64,000 bases of DNA from Prasinococcaceae sp. CCMP 1430 (Eukaryota > Plantae > Prasinodermophyta). The notes under the pieces were generated by a model, which was not told where the DNA came from, did not search any database, and was given only the letters and a program-made list of their open reading frames with translations. Shown here one piece after another: positions 44,021 through 54,030 of this stretch. A program made the translations under genes and the position numbers. Location: NCBI GenBank assembly GCA_013416795.1, contig RQSC01000010.1:149949-213948 (forward strand), given 5' to 3'. Position 1 is the stretch's first letter. Each line of letters begins with the position of its first letter.

Positions 44021-46354
44021 ATGCCACCCGGCCTGTGCGCACATCGGTCGCACGTTGTCGCGAGCGGTGTGGCCGCGCGCTCCGCCCTCGGCGTCGCCAG
44101 AGCGGCGCCCAGGCCTCCCCCGGTCCGCCGCGGCGGGCGCGGCGCGCGGGCGCGCGCCGTCGGAGCCTCGTCATCTGCGCCCGCCGGCAAGCCGAAAGCC
44201 AGAAAAAGAAGGACATCGGCACCAGAGGACGCGAGCGGCGTGGCTGCTACCGGCCGCGGCGGCAGTGAGAACAGGGACTCGGACGAAAGGGCCACGTCTG
44301 ATTTGAAGATCGGAGCGACGCCGTCTTCGACCGCCGCGGCAGCCACTAGGAGGAGGAGCATGCCGGTCGCGGCTGCCGGGAAGGCCGACGCCGCCGCTAC
44401 TGCCGGTGGCGCCGGCACCACCAACAATGGCGCGAACAAGAAAAGCAAAAAGGGGGTTCGCGCGCGCTTCCCCGACGATGCCGGCGCCGCCGGGGGGTCC
44501 GGTCGCGCATCGCGCCCTCCGTCGGAGCCCTCCGCTCCCTTGTCTCCCTCCGCCGCGGGCGTGGGGGAGACCAGCGCGGTGCTCAAACGCTTCTCGCATC
44601 ACCTTTCCGCGGGGCTGTCGCTCTCCGAAGGGGAACCGCTCGCGCGCGCGGGCAGGCAGTCCTCGCTGAACGCGGAGCGCGCCGCGGCGGACTCGCTGGT
44701 GGCGCCCGTATGCGACTCCGCCGCCGAGCCCTGCCTGGGCCCGGAGTGTTTCGGCAACGAGGAGCGCTGCAGGCCGCCCTCCAGCGTCGATCTCAGCCGG
44801 CTGGCGCATCCCACCAGCAAGAGCCGGCGGGCCAGCGAGGACGAGATCATCAAGAGGCAGATCGCCGCGCTGGTGAGGCGCATCGCCGCGCGAGACCCCG
44901 AACAGAGCGAGTTCCTGCAGGCCTTCGAGGAGGTGGCGCACGACCTCGTGCCCGTCTTCAGGCGCCAGCCTCGCTACATCAAGGTGCTCGAAACCATCGC
45001 CGAGCCCGAACGCGTGCACCACTTCCGCGTGCCGTGGCTGGACGACAACGGAAGGCAGCAGGTGAACCGCGGCTACCGCGTGCAGTTCTCGAGCGCGCTG
45101 GGCCCCTACAAAGGCGGGCTGCGGTTTCATCCCACGGTCAACCTGTCGATCGTCAAGTTCCTGGGCTTTGAGCAGATCTTCAAGAATGCGCTCACGGGAC
45201 TGCCCATCGGCGGCGGCAAGGGCGGCTCCGACTTCGACCCCAAGGGCAAGAGCGACGCCGAGATCCTGCGCTTCTGCCAGTCCTTCGTCACCTCGCTCGC
45301 CGAATACATCGGCCCTGACCAGGACGTGCCGGCGGGTGACATCGGCGTGGGCGGCCGCGAGATAGGCTACATGTACGGGCAGTACAAGCGCCTCACGCGC
45401 CGCTTCGAAGGTGCCTTCACCGGCAAGGACCCCAAGTGGGGTGGCTCGCTGCTGCGGCCCGAGGCAACCGGGTACGGAGTGGTGTACTTCGCGCAGGAGA
45501 TGCTGCGAGACGTGGAGGGAGAGGGCGCCACCCTGAGAGGCAAGCGCTGCGTGATCAGCGGCGCAGGAAACGTCGCGCAGAACTGCTGCGCGAAGCTACT
45601 CGAGCTCGGCGCAACCGTCCTGACGATGAGCGACTCCTCTGGCTTCGTGTACGCGCCGGCTGGCTTCGACGAAGAGCTCCTTGCAATCGTGTCGCGCGCC
45701 AAGAACGTCGACCGCGCTGGCCTCAAGGTCGCCGCCGACAGGAGCGGTGGGCGGCTGCAGTACTGCTCCGACATGCCCGCGCCCGGAGCGAAGGGCAAAG
45801 GACTCGGGCTGAAAGGAGCCGACAACGGCGACGCCGCGCCGACCAGGACTCGCGGGCGCGGCAGGGGCCCCGGCGATGCGCACGCGGCGGCGACCGTGAC
45901 CGGCACTCACCTGCACCCGCATCCTCGGCGTCCCTGGGGGACGTGTGCGCTCGACATCGCCTTTCCGTGCGCCACACAGAACGAAATCGACCTCGCCGAT
46001 GCCAAGGCGCTGCACGCCGCTGGCGTCCGGATGGTGGTCGAGGGTGCCAATATGCCGACGACCTCCGAGGCCGCCCGATTCTTCCACAGCAAGGGCATCG
46101 CCTTCGCTCCGGGGAAAGCGGCCAACGCCGGTGGCGTGGCGGTGTCGGCGCTCGAGATGACGCAGAACTCGATGCGGCTGTCGTGGACGCGTGAGCAGGT
46201 GGACGAGAAGCTGCACGAGATCATGCGCAGCATCTTCGCCATGTGCGCAGACACTGCGGCCGAGTACGGCGAGAAGGGGAACTACCGCGTCGGCAGCAAC
46301 ATCGCCGGGTTCCTCAAGGTGGCCAACTCGGTCGTCGAGCAGGGCACTGTGTAG
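44021..46354 (+). CDS. GDH: NADP-specific glutamate dehydrogenase with long N-terminal extension
   Basis: GYRVQFSSALGPYKGGLRFHP, GGGKGGSDFDPK, DVPAGDIGVG, RPEATGYG, GAGNVA, PCATQNE, EGANMP, GKAANAGGVAVS. Confidence 0.96.
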   Translation: MPPGLCAHRSHVVASGVAARSALGVARAAPRPPPVRRGGRGARARAVGASSSAPAGKPKARKRRTSAPEDASGVAATGRGGSENRDSDERATSDLKIGATPSSTAAAATRRRSMPVAAAGKADAAATAGGAGTTNNGANKKSKKGVRARFPDDAGAAGGSGRASRPPSEPSAPLSPSAAGVGETSAVLKRFSHHLSAGLSLSEGEPLARAGRQSSLNAERAAADSLVAPVCDSAAEPCLGPECFGNEERCRPPSSVDLSRLAHPTSKSRRASEDEIIKRQIAALVRRIAARDPEQSEFLQAFEEVAHDLVPVFRRQPRYIKVLETIAEPERVHHFRVPWLDDNGRQQVNRGYRVQFSSALGPYKGGLRFHPTVNLSIVKFLGFEQIFKNALTGLPIGGGKGGSDFDPKGKSDAEILRFCQSFVTSLAEYIGPDQDVPAGDIGVGGREIGYMYGQYKRLTRRFEGAFTGKDPKWGGSLLRPEATGYGVVYFAQEMLRDVEGEGATLRGKRCVISGAGNVAQNCCAKLLELGATVLTMSDSSGFVYAPAGFDEELLAIVSRAKNVDRAGLKVAADRSGGRLQYCSDMPAPGAKGKGLGLKGADNGDAAPTRTRGRGRGPGDAHAAATVTGTHLHPHPRRPWGTCALDIAFPCATQNEIDLADAKALHAAGVRMVVEGANMPTTSEAARFFHSKGIAFAPGKAANAGGVAVSALEMTQNSMRLSWTREQVDEKLHEIMRSIFAMCADTAAEYGEKGNYRVGSNIAGFLKVANSVVEQGTV

Positions 46355-46594
46355 CAGCGAGCGACTGCCGATGCCAACGGCGTTCTTCCAGGACCCCACC
46401 AACCCTCCTCCCGAAGCGCGGGCGGGCGAACTTTGAAGCGAGCGATAGCAGCTTCCCGTGCGCACTATATGCTCCGTGCACAGGATGAACGAAGCCAGGT
46501 ATACAAGTACATTGTACAGTAGTACTGTAGCCTCCGTAAGAGCGAGTGCCACTTCTTCTGCGCGCCTGCTCACTGCCACAAAGCAGCCATGCCC

Positions 46595-48181
46595 TCAAAC
46601 GAAGGCCAGCGCATTTGGTTGCTTGAGGCGCACGCGGCCGCGCCGCTCGACGCCGTTCAGCGCTCGCATCACCTCGCCACTCGCGGCATGAAGAGCCAGC
46701 ACTCTCCCTGACCTCGAACCGGGCTCGTGGCCCGAGTGACATGCGACGTACACGATGGCGCCATCGTCTGAGAGCACGGCGTCCCAGGGCTGCGCAAGCG
46801 AGTAGAAAGGACCGCGCGCGGGCGAGCCGCGCAGCACCCTCAGCGGCGCACCCGCCTGCCGCTCGCAGGGCCCCGCGAATACCCGAACCTCGCCGCCGCC
46901 TCCGAGGCTGGTGACGTACAGCTCCGCGCCGTCGGCCGAGAGCGCAAGGCCGCTCGGGCGGCAGAGGCTGCCCGGGGGCACCAGCACCCGTGGCGGCTCG
47001 AGGCGCGCAGACCGTGGCCCACGCCGCAGCACCAGCACCACCCCCGTGCGCCTGTCGGCGTCGAGGCGCGTGTAGCCTCCATCGTCATTGGCGCCCTCTG
47101 TGCCCTCGTCGCACGCCACCAGCAGGCACGCGCGCCCCCGAGCGCCCCGGCGCGCGTCCGCACCTCCCCCCTCCGCGTGCCGTTCTCTCGCGCGGCGCAC
47201 CGTCTCCTCCGCGTGGGCTGCTATCATACCCCACGGCACCATGTCCTTCGGTAGCCGCGCCGCCTCGCGCCACTCGCCCGCCATCTGCGCCGTGTTCCAG
47301 CGCACCACTCCGTCGCACGCGCTCACGCAATACACCAGCGCGCCCATGAACGCCACGCCTTCGGGCAGCAGCCCTCGTCCCATCGCGTGCGAGTCCCAAC
47401 ATGCGCCCGCACGCGCCGTCGCGCCCGCCCCCGCGCCGTCGCTGCCCACGACGGCGAGGCGGATGGGCTCCGTTCGCGGCGCAGAGGGCGCGCCTACGGT
47501 CGCGGTGTCCGACGGCGGGGCGCCGCCAACGCGCATCTTGACGAAGCCCGCGCGCTTGTACTCGGAGAGCCACACGAGCCTGCTGCGCGAGTCGACGGCC
47601 ATGCACGTCGTCCACGCGTCGGCGCGCTCCTCGCGCGCCTCGATCACGCGCACGCAGGCCGCCTGCGCGTCCGCGCGTTCCGGGTCGAGCGCGTGCACTC
47701 GCAGCGTCGAGCTGTCGCTCACGAGCAGCACGCGCCTGAAGCGCGGGCCTCCGCCGTGCCCCGACGAGGCCGCGCGGCGGCACGCCGCCGCGGCGTCCCT
47801 GAGCTGCGCGAGCTGATGGAAGAGCAGCCTGTTGTCGTGCAGGTAGCCCTTGTTGGCGAGCTCGGCGTCGCGCAGCTGCTGCTCCAAGTGCGCGACGCGC
47901 ACGCGCAGCTGCGTGAGCTCCGGTTCGGCGGCGCGCAGCCGCTGCGCCTCGGCGGCACTGTGAGCGGCGATGGCCTCGCTCGCGGCGCGCTCGCTCTCGC
48001 GCAGCTTGCGCTCCGCCGCGAGCGCCTCGCGCTCTTTCCGCAGGGCCTCCCCGGCGGCGCTCTGCGCGAGCTGCATCGACCCGACCTCGTCGCGGTGCTC
48101 GGCGGCGGCGGCCTCGGCCTCGCGCACGGCCTGGTCGGCGGCGCGGCGCGCGTCGTCGAGGTCGCGGAGCAGGCGCTCGCG
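46595..48181 (-). CDS. Coiled-coil + NHL/YVTN-like beta-propeller protein (5' end uncertain at n 48182)
   Basis: Heptad E/A/R region, then repeats LPEGVAF, CRPSGLALSADG.ELYVT, AQPWDAVLSDDG.IVYVA, KQPNALAF. Confidence 0.65.
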   Translation of the reverse strand, partial: RERLLRDLDDARRAADQAVREAEAAAAEHRDEVGSMQLAQSAAGEALRKEREALAAERKLRESERAASEAIAAHSAAEAQRLRAAEPELTQLRVRVAHLEQQLRDAELANKGYLHDNRLLFHQLAQLRDAAAACRRAASSGHGGGPRFRRVLLVSDSSTLRVHALDPERADAQAACVRVIEAREERADAWTTCMAVDSRSRLVWLSEYKRAGFVKMRVGGAPPSDTATVGAPSAPRTEPIRLAVVGSDGAGAGATARAGACWDSHAMGRGLLPEGVAFMGALVYCVSACDGVVRWNTAQMAGEWREAARLPKDMVPWGMIAAHAEETVRRARERHAEGGGADARRGARGRACLLVACDEGTEGANDDGGYTRLDADRRTGVVLVLRRGPRSARLEPPRVLVPPGSLCRPSGLALSADGAELYVTSLGGGGEVRVFAGPCERQAGAPLRVLRGSPARGPFYSLAQPWDAVLSDDGAIVYVACHSGHEPGSRSGRVLALHAASGEVMRALNGVERRGRVRLKQPNALAFV

Positions 48182-48361
48182 NACAGCAGCAAGTAAGCGG
48201 CGCCCAGCTAGTACTGCGCCGCGACTCCGTGCTGACGCCGCGCGCTCTTCACCGCCTTTCGCGCAGGCTGCTGGATGACCGAGTCTGTGATACCGCACAG
48301 CGTCGATCATCCATTCAAAAACTTCGACACTCCCCTGTAACATAGTACGTCATCTACAATC

Positions 48362-49983
48362 TCAGCCCGCTTTCGCGAGTTCGGACTTGAGCGGCGCAAG
48401 CTCAGCCTGCAGCTGCTCCAGCGCGCTCTCGGCGTTGGCCATCTTCTCCCCCAAGATGACCGTCTCGGCGCTGTCCTCCTCAACCTTCTTCCCTATTTCG
48501 TCCAGCTGCGCCCGCATGGTCGCCACGGAATTCTCCCCCGCATCCGCGGCGGCGGTGCCGAGTTCGAGCACCTCAAGCTTGGGCACCACGTCAGTCTCCA
48601 CCTTGCGCTTGAGCTCCTCCACGCTTGTGGCCATGCCATCAATCTTCCCGGCGGACTCCTCCAACGCGGCGATGCGTCCCGCGGCCTGCGCGACGCCATC
48701 GCCGAGCGTGTCAACAGACGCCTCGATTTTGTCGGTAAGCAGCACGACCGTCTTCTCCACTTCGGCCAAGTTCGTGGCGCCCTCATCCACGCGTGAGGCG
48801 ACAGAGTCCATGGCGTCGATGCGCGCTCCGAGCTCTTCCTTGAGGGCTTCGAGTTTCTCGCCCGAAGCATCGATGCTCTCGTGGGTGGAGATCTCCACCG
48901 CCGCGACGCGTTCACCGACCTTGGCCTCCATGTCCTCAAGACGTTGCATGATTTCTGTGGAGGTCTGCTCGAGGGCAGCGCTCGCCTCGGCTACGGCACT
49001 GTCCTTGGCCTCGGAGATGGTGTTGATTGCGTCTGCGCGGTTGGATCCGATGGTCGCCATTGCCTCCCCCTTGACGGCTTCCAGCTGGTCGGCCATGTCC
49101 TCGCGTGTTGCCTCCAGCGACTCCTTGGTGGCCACCAGCTCAGCGACAAGCTCCTCCTTGAGGTCCTCGCGCGCAGCGAGCGACTCGTTTTGCAGCGCGG
49201 CAATGTCTGCCAGCGTCTCTTCCTTGAGCTCGGCCAAGAGTACATTTGCTGACGCTCGCACCGACTCGAGCTCCTCGGAATTGTGCGAGATGGCCTTAGC
49301 GGCCTGCCGCGCCTCCTCGCGCACGCTTGCAATACTCCGCTCCATTTCGCCTCCCATCTCAGCGCGCAGCACCTCCTCGGCGGCGCGCGTGTCCGCCTGC
49401 GCCTCGTCGTGCGCTCGGCGGAGCGCATCGCACGCGGCGCCTGCCTCGCTCTTTGCGGTGCGTATGGCACCCTCGAGCGCCTGCCGTGCTTGATCGAGGG
49501 CCGCTGCCCCGTCTGCAGAGACGCTGGTGTCGCCGTGCACCCTGTCAGCCACCTCAGCGGCGATGGCCGCCTTGAGGCTGTGTTCAACCTCGCCGAGGCG
49601 AGCGAGTAGCTCCTCGCGCGCTGCTCCCAAAGAGGCTGCCGCTGATGATTCCAGCTCGCGCACCTTGGCGCTCTCATCCTCGGCGTCCTTGAGGCCAGCG
49701 CGCATAAGCTCCTCGAGCGACTCAAGGCGCGCTGTGAGCTCCTCGCGCAATTCGAGTACGCGCTTGCTATGACCGGTGGCGGCCGCCGCCTCATGACTCA
49801 GGCGCTGGCTCTGCTCTTCCGATAAGATAGAGCGCAGCTCATCAAAAGTCGCGTACACGTCCACACGGTGCGACTCAATCTCTGTGACGAAGTCGGCCGA
49901 CGTGCCCTCAAGGTCCCGACGAAGGGCGGTGTCGGCGGTCTCGCGGATCTTGGCTTCGCTCGCGAGCGCCTCGGCGGCATACT
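48362..49983 (-). CDS. Long coiled-coil protein (first exon unresolved)
   Basis: About 540 aa of E/A/L-rich heptads with strong coding codon bias, starting after a CACAG acceptor. Confidence 0.65.
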
Positions 49984-50353
49984 GTGAGGAACAGGGCGGC
50001 AGCGCCGACTGCTTCGGCCCGCGCACCCCGCGAATTCCCCGTCCTGCCGAAATTCAGACACGCGCGTTCTCATACAATCAGATCACCAAAAACGCAATTT
50101 CAACTCCGTGACGACGAGCTTCCTTTCCAAACCCCAAAACGATCGCATACCATCTGACGGAACAACAATTGGGGTTCGCGGTTTATTACACACTGCCGTG
50201 CGGTACTCATGCGCGCGCAATTTGAACCCTACTGTATACCCTAATCGCGGCTGCGATCTGTCGGGGTTGGTGCGCAGGGTGGTGGTTCCTCGGCTGGGTT
50301 GCGCACGCGCGGGGCGCGGTGGCGCCACACGCCGCGCGCCTCCCGCGGGGGCG

Positions 50354-51147
50354 ATGCTGTGCCGCGCCCAGCGCGGCGGGGTCTCGTAAGATTGACTTTC
50401 ACCCCGGCCTTAGCCGCGCGCTCGCGCTGGCGTGCGCGCCCGCCGCGCACGCGGCCGAGGATGAGTGCCCGCTTCCTGCCAACGTGAGCGTGGCCGAGCT
50501 CGCCGAGGCGCTGCGCGAGGGGACCGTGCGCGCCGTCGTGGATGTGCGCACGCGCTCCGAGTACCTCGGCGTCGGCGTCGACACGCAGCGCGACGGCATC
50601 GGCAGGGTGCCCGGGGCAGTGCTCGTGGACTCGCTGGCGACCGACCCCGCGCAAGAGGCGCGATTGCGCACGTGCAAATCTAGCGACAGTGGCGACGCGG
50701 AACGCCCGCGCAAGACGCTCGCGGTCATCTGTCGCACGGGCGTGCGCTCGCTCGTGGCCACCAAGCAGCTGCAGGCCAAGGGCTATCCCTGCGTGGCCAA
50801 CGTGATGGGTGCGTGTCGCACGGCGTGCGGGCGCGCGAGCGTGAGCGCGCGCGGCAGAGACGCGAACCCGAGTGCTGACAGCCTCGTGCGCGCCTGCCAC
50901 AGGCGGCACGCTCGCGTGGGCGGAGGACGGCTTCGACGTCGAACGGGGCCTGCCAGAGGGCGGGCTGCCGCAGGCGGGCGAGCCTGTGTGCGCCGCCGGA
51001 TCCGCCGCGGAGGCTCGCCCGACTCGCAGCGGCGTGCCCTCGGGAGCCGACGGCGGCACTGCGAGCTGGAGCGCCCCTGCGCGCGCGCCACGTTCCGAGT
51101 CCTCTGCCGTGCTCGGCGTGCTCGCGGCGCTCTGGCTGGCCACGTGA
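50354..51147 (+). CDS. Rhodanese-domain protein with signal-like N-terminus and hydrophobic (GPI-like) C-terminus
   Basis: VVDVRTRSEY, GRVPGA, VICRTGVRS, NVM|GGTLAW (intron about 50809-50903); tail SSAVLGVLAALWLAT*. The start assumes a 28-nt intron at 50386-50413. Confidence 0.75.
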
Positions 51148-51562
51148 GACGCGATCGCAATGTAATCAATTGTAGAGTACAGATGAATGATATGCGCACG
51201 CAGTGGGTGGCGCACGAGCGAATAGACGCACGCGTGCGTGCGTGACTGTTGGAAGGACGAGGCGGGGTGCCACACATCAGCTGATTGCCTCGGCGTGCCG
51301 GCGGTTGCTCGCTGGGAAGCGGAGCGTCGTTTGCCGCACGGCCGCGTCAGGGGCGGCGAGGGCGTGGCCGCGCGCGCAGCAGCACCGCAGGCGGAGCCAT
51401 CCGCGAGATGGCTGCGCCTGGCGTGCTGCAGCGCGCGGGGCGTAGCCCGCACTTGCCGCGGTGGCCATGAGAGAGCGGTCTGGATCGATCGCCCTGAAGC
51501 TCAGCTCATCACCGCCTCCTCGTCCTACGCAGAACTAGGCCCCCGTCGCCGGGGGCTTAGGA

Positions 51563-52358
51563 TCACGCGCCAGAGGAGCAGCAGCCTGCCTCTTTCGCCG
51601 TCGTGACTGTCGAGCGCACGCGGCGCGAGGCGTGTCAGCGCGCGGCGGCGCGCTCACTGCAGCGCCGCGCTCCCAATCCCCTTCTCTGCCCGGTTCGCCC
51701 TCGCGCTCTCACCGTTGGCGCCAAAGTCCAACTTGTTGGCCTTGCTGCCCTGCGTGACGGGGCCGCGCGCAGCGCGCTCGCGCCTGTCGGCCTCGAGCTG
51801 CGCATGCAGGCGTGCCTTCTCCGGATCGGCCGCGCGCTTGCGCGACGCCGCGCGGCGGTCCTCCTCCATCCTTTTCACCAGCGCAGCCATGGCGTCGTCG
51901 ATCGCGCGCACCTGCTGCATGGTACACTGCACCTTGAGTGGCAGCACGAGCGCGGTCTCGCCGTCACGCGTCTCCTCGACCCAGCCGATCTGGGCGAGCA
52001 CCCCGGCGCCGCCCGCTGCCAACATCGCCGCAATCTGCGCATGCGCGCGTCGGCGCGCGTGCGACCGCGCATGTCAGAGCCGTGGACGCGTGTGTGGCGC
52101 CAGCGCGATGGTGTACGCTCGCGTGGCACCCGCTCCCGGGGCGCCTCCCCTTCACCCCCGCACCTTTTCGTTGGCAGGGTTGAGCTTGCGGTACTTCTCC
52201 TCGCGCGGCGCCCCCTGCACGTTGCGCGTGAGCTTGCAGAGCACGGCGAGCGCCATCGCGCCGCCCGAGGTGCGCTCGACGGCGAGCAGCGCGCAGTCGA
52301 GCGGCGTGCGCTCCGACGGCGCCGGCGTCGAGGACTTGGGCGGCAGCTTGAACGACAT
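51563..52358 (-). CDS. PUB-domain protein (3 exons)
   Basis: LCKLTRNVQGAPREEKYRKLNPANEK|IAAML...LAQIGW; coiled tail; last exon VTTAKEAGCCSSGA*. Confidence 0.8.
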
Positions 52359-53121
52359 TGCCTCCGCCCGGGCTGAGGCCCACGGGCGCGGGTGGGTGGG
52401 GGTGTCGCGAGCGGAGGGCGCCGCTCCGCCGCGCGGCGCGGTGTGTGTGTGCCCCCCTCGCCTGCGCGCGCCCGCGCACTGCCCGCGCACCCCCACCCCC
52501 CGCGCGCGCTCCCGCTGCTTCCGCCTGCCCCCCCGGCCCCGGCAGCGATCTCTTTCCGAAACCCGTTTTCGCCGCCGCGTCGCGCCCCTCCCCTGCCGCA
52601 CCGCGCCTTCGCCCCGACCTCCGGCCGCCCCGCGGGCGCGCGCGAAAACGAGCCCGAAACCGGCGAATCGAATCGCTTGCCGGGGGGAAAAAGATGACGG
52701 GCGCGCGCGCTCGAAAAAGGGCGCCGCGCGGCCCGGCCTGTTGAACCGACCGGCCGGGCGCCCGACGCGCTCGCGCCGCCGCACCGCGAATTTGGGTAGC
52801 TACGCACGGCATTTCTCATGTGGACACGCGCTGACCGGAAGGTGTTTGGAGGTGCAGAATTGCCGATGTTTTGGCGGGAGTTCTGACATGTCACTTCCCG
52901 GCTGGCTGGGGCAAAAAAAAAAAAAAAAAAAGGATGGGGAGCCTCGCCTGCCCCGGCCGGGGCAGCAAAACCAGCATGCGGCCTGGCCTGGCCTGTCACC
53001 CCAACCAGCGAGGTGGGGCCCGTGTGGATTCCATGAGGATACGCGCTTGTGAAACGGATTCCATTTTGACGAATGTGCATGGTGGGAGCGTCGCGGTGGA
53101 ACCCGCGCCCAGCCGCTCGGG

Positions 53122-53718
53122 GTGCAGCGCGATGGGCGGGGGCTGTGGCCCGCGCGTGCCCTCNTCCGGTGTTCGCCGCGCACGCAACTCGCCGACCACG
53201 ACGAGTGCTGCCACGCAAGCCGCGCTCGAGTAGAGGGCTGCCGCGCGGTGAAATGCGCGACGCGCGAGCTGAACGAAAAAGATAGATGGAACTCGCGCGC
53301 GGCGGCGGCGAGGCGCGTGGCCGCGCGCGCGGCCGACACCGAGCAGGAGACGTACAACACGGGCTTCATCGGCGCCGACAGCGGCGGCAAGAGCAACGTG
53401 TTCGGCGTGGAGCCCACCGTCTACGTCGCCGGCTCCGCCATGGACGAGACCGGCGGCAACGGCGCCATCGGCGCGTTCGCGGGCGTGCTCGCGCTCATCG
53501 TCGTTGGCTCGGGCGTCAACGCGAGCCTGGGGCTGCTCAACGACAAGGAGTCGGCCGACGCGTCCAACGCGATCGTCGCTGCGGAGAAGCCGCCCGCGGG
53601 GTCGTCCATCGCGTCGTTCGCTAACGAGTTCGAGAGCGAGGCCAAGGCCGCCCAGGCTGCTGCCGCGGCCGCCGCCGCTGAGGCCGCTGCCGCGGCTGCG
53701 CCCGCGCCCGAGATCTAA
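53122..53718 (+). CDS. Small probably plastid membrane protein of unknown function (start unresolved near n 53164)
   Basis: Transit-like RRVAARAA, SNVFGVEPTVYV, one TM (AFAGVLALIVVG), Ala-rich tail; TGTAA signals follow the stop. Confidence 0.55.
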   Translation: MQRDGRGLWPARALXRCSPRTQLADHDECCHASRARVEGCRAVKCATRELNEKDRWNSRAAAARRVAARAADTEQETYNTGFIGADSGGKSNVFGVEPTVYVAGSAMDETGGNGAIGAFAGVLALIVVGSGVNASLGLLNDKESADASNAIVAAEKPPAGSSIASFANEFESEAKAAQAAAAAAAAEAAAAAAPAPEI

Positions 53719-54030
53719 CTAGATACCTTTTTGGTGGTAGGGATGATAGCGAGCGAGGCGGCAGCACTGTCTGTAACGCTGTAATGAACCTTTTTGGGGA
53801 CGCACCGTAGCGTGGCACGGGCGGTCGGCCGCGCTCGCGCCTCGGCAGCCGGCGGCAGCGCGAGAAGGGCATTGCCGCGGGGCAGCCCAGCACAGACAGC
53901 AGCGCGAGGCGCCGACGCATAGGCCCCGGTCGGAAAACTGACACGTCATTACACCCCCGTCCCGGCTGCTGCGGCGCGAGCGAGGCGCGCTCGCAGGCGC
54001 ACGCGCGCGCGCGCGCGCGCAGGTGGCGAA

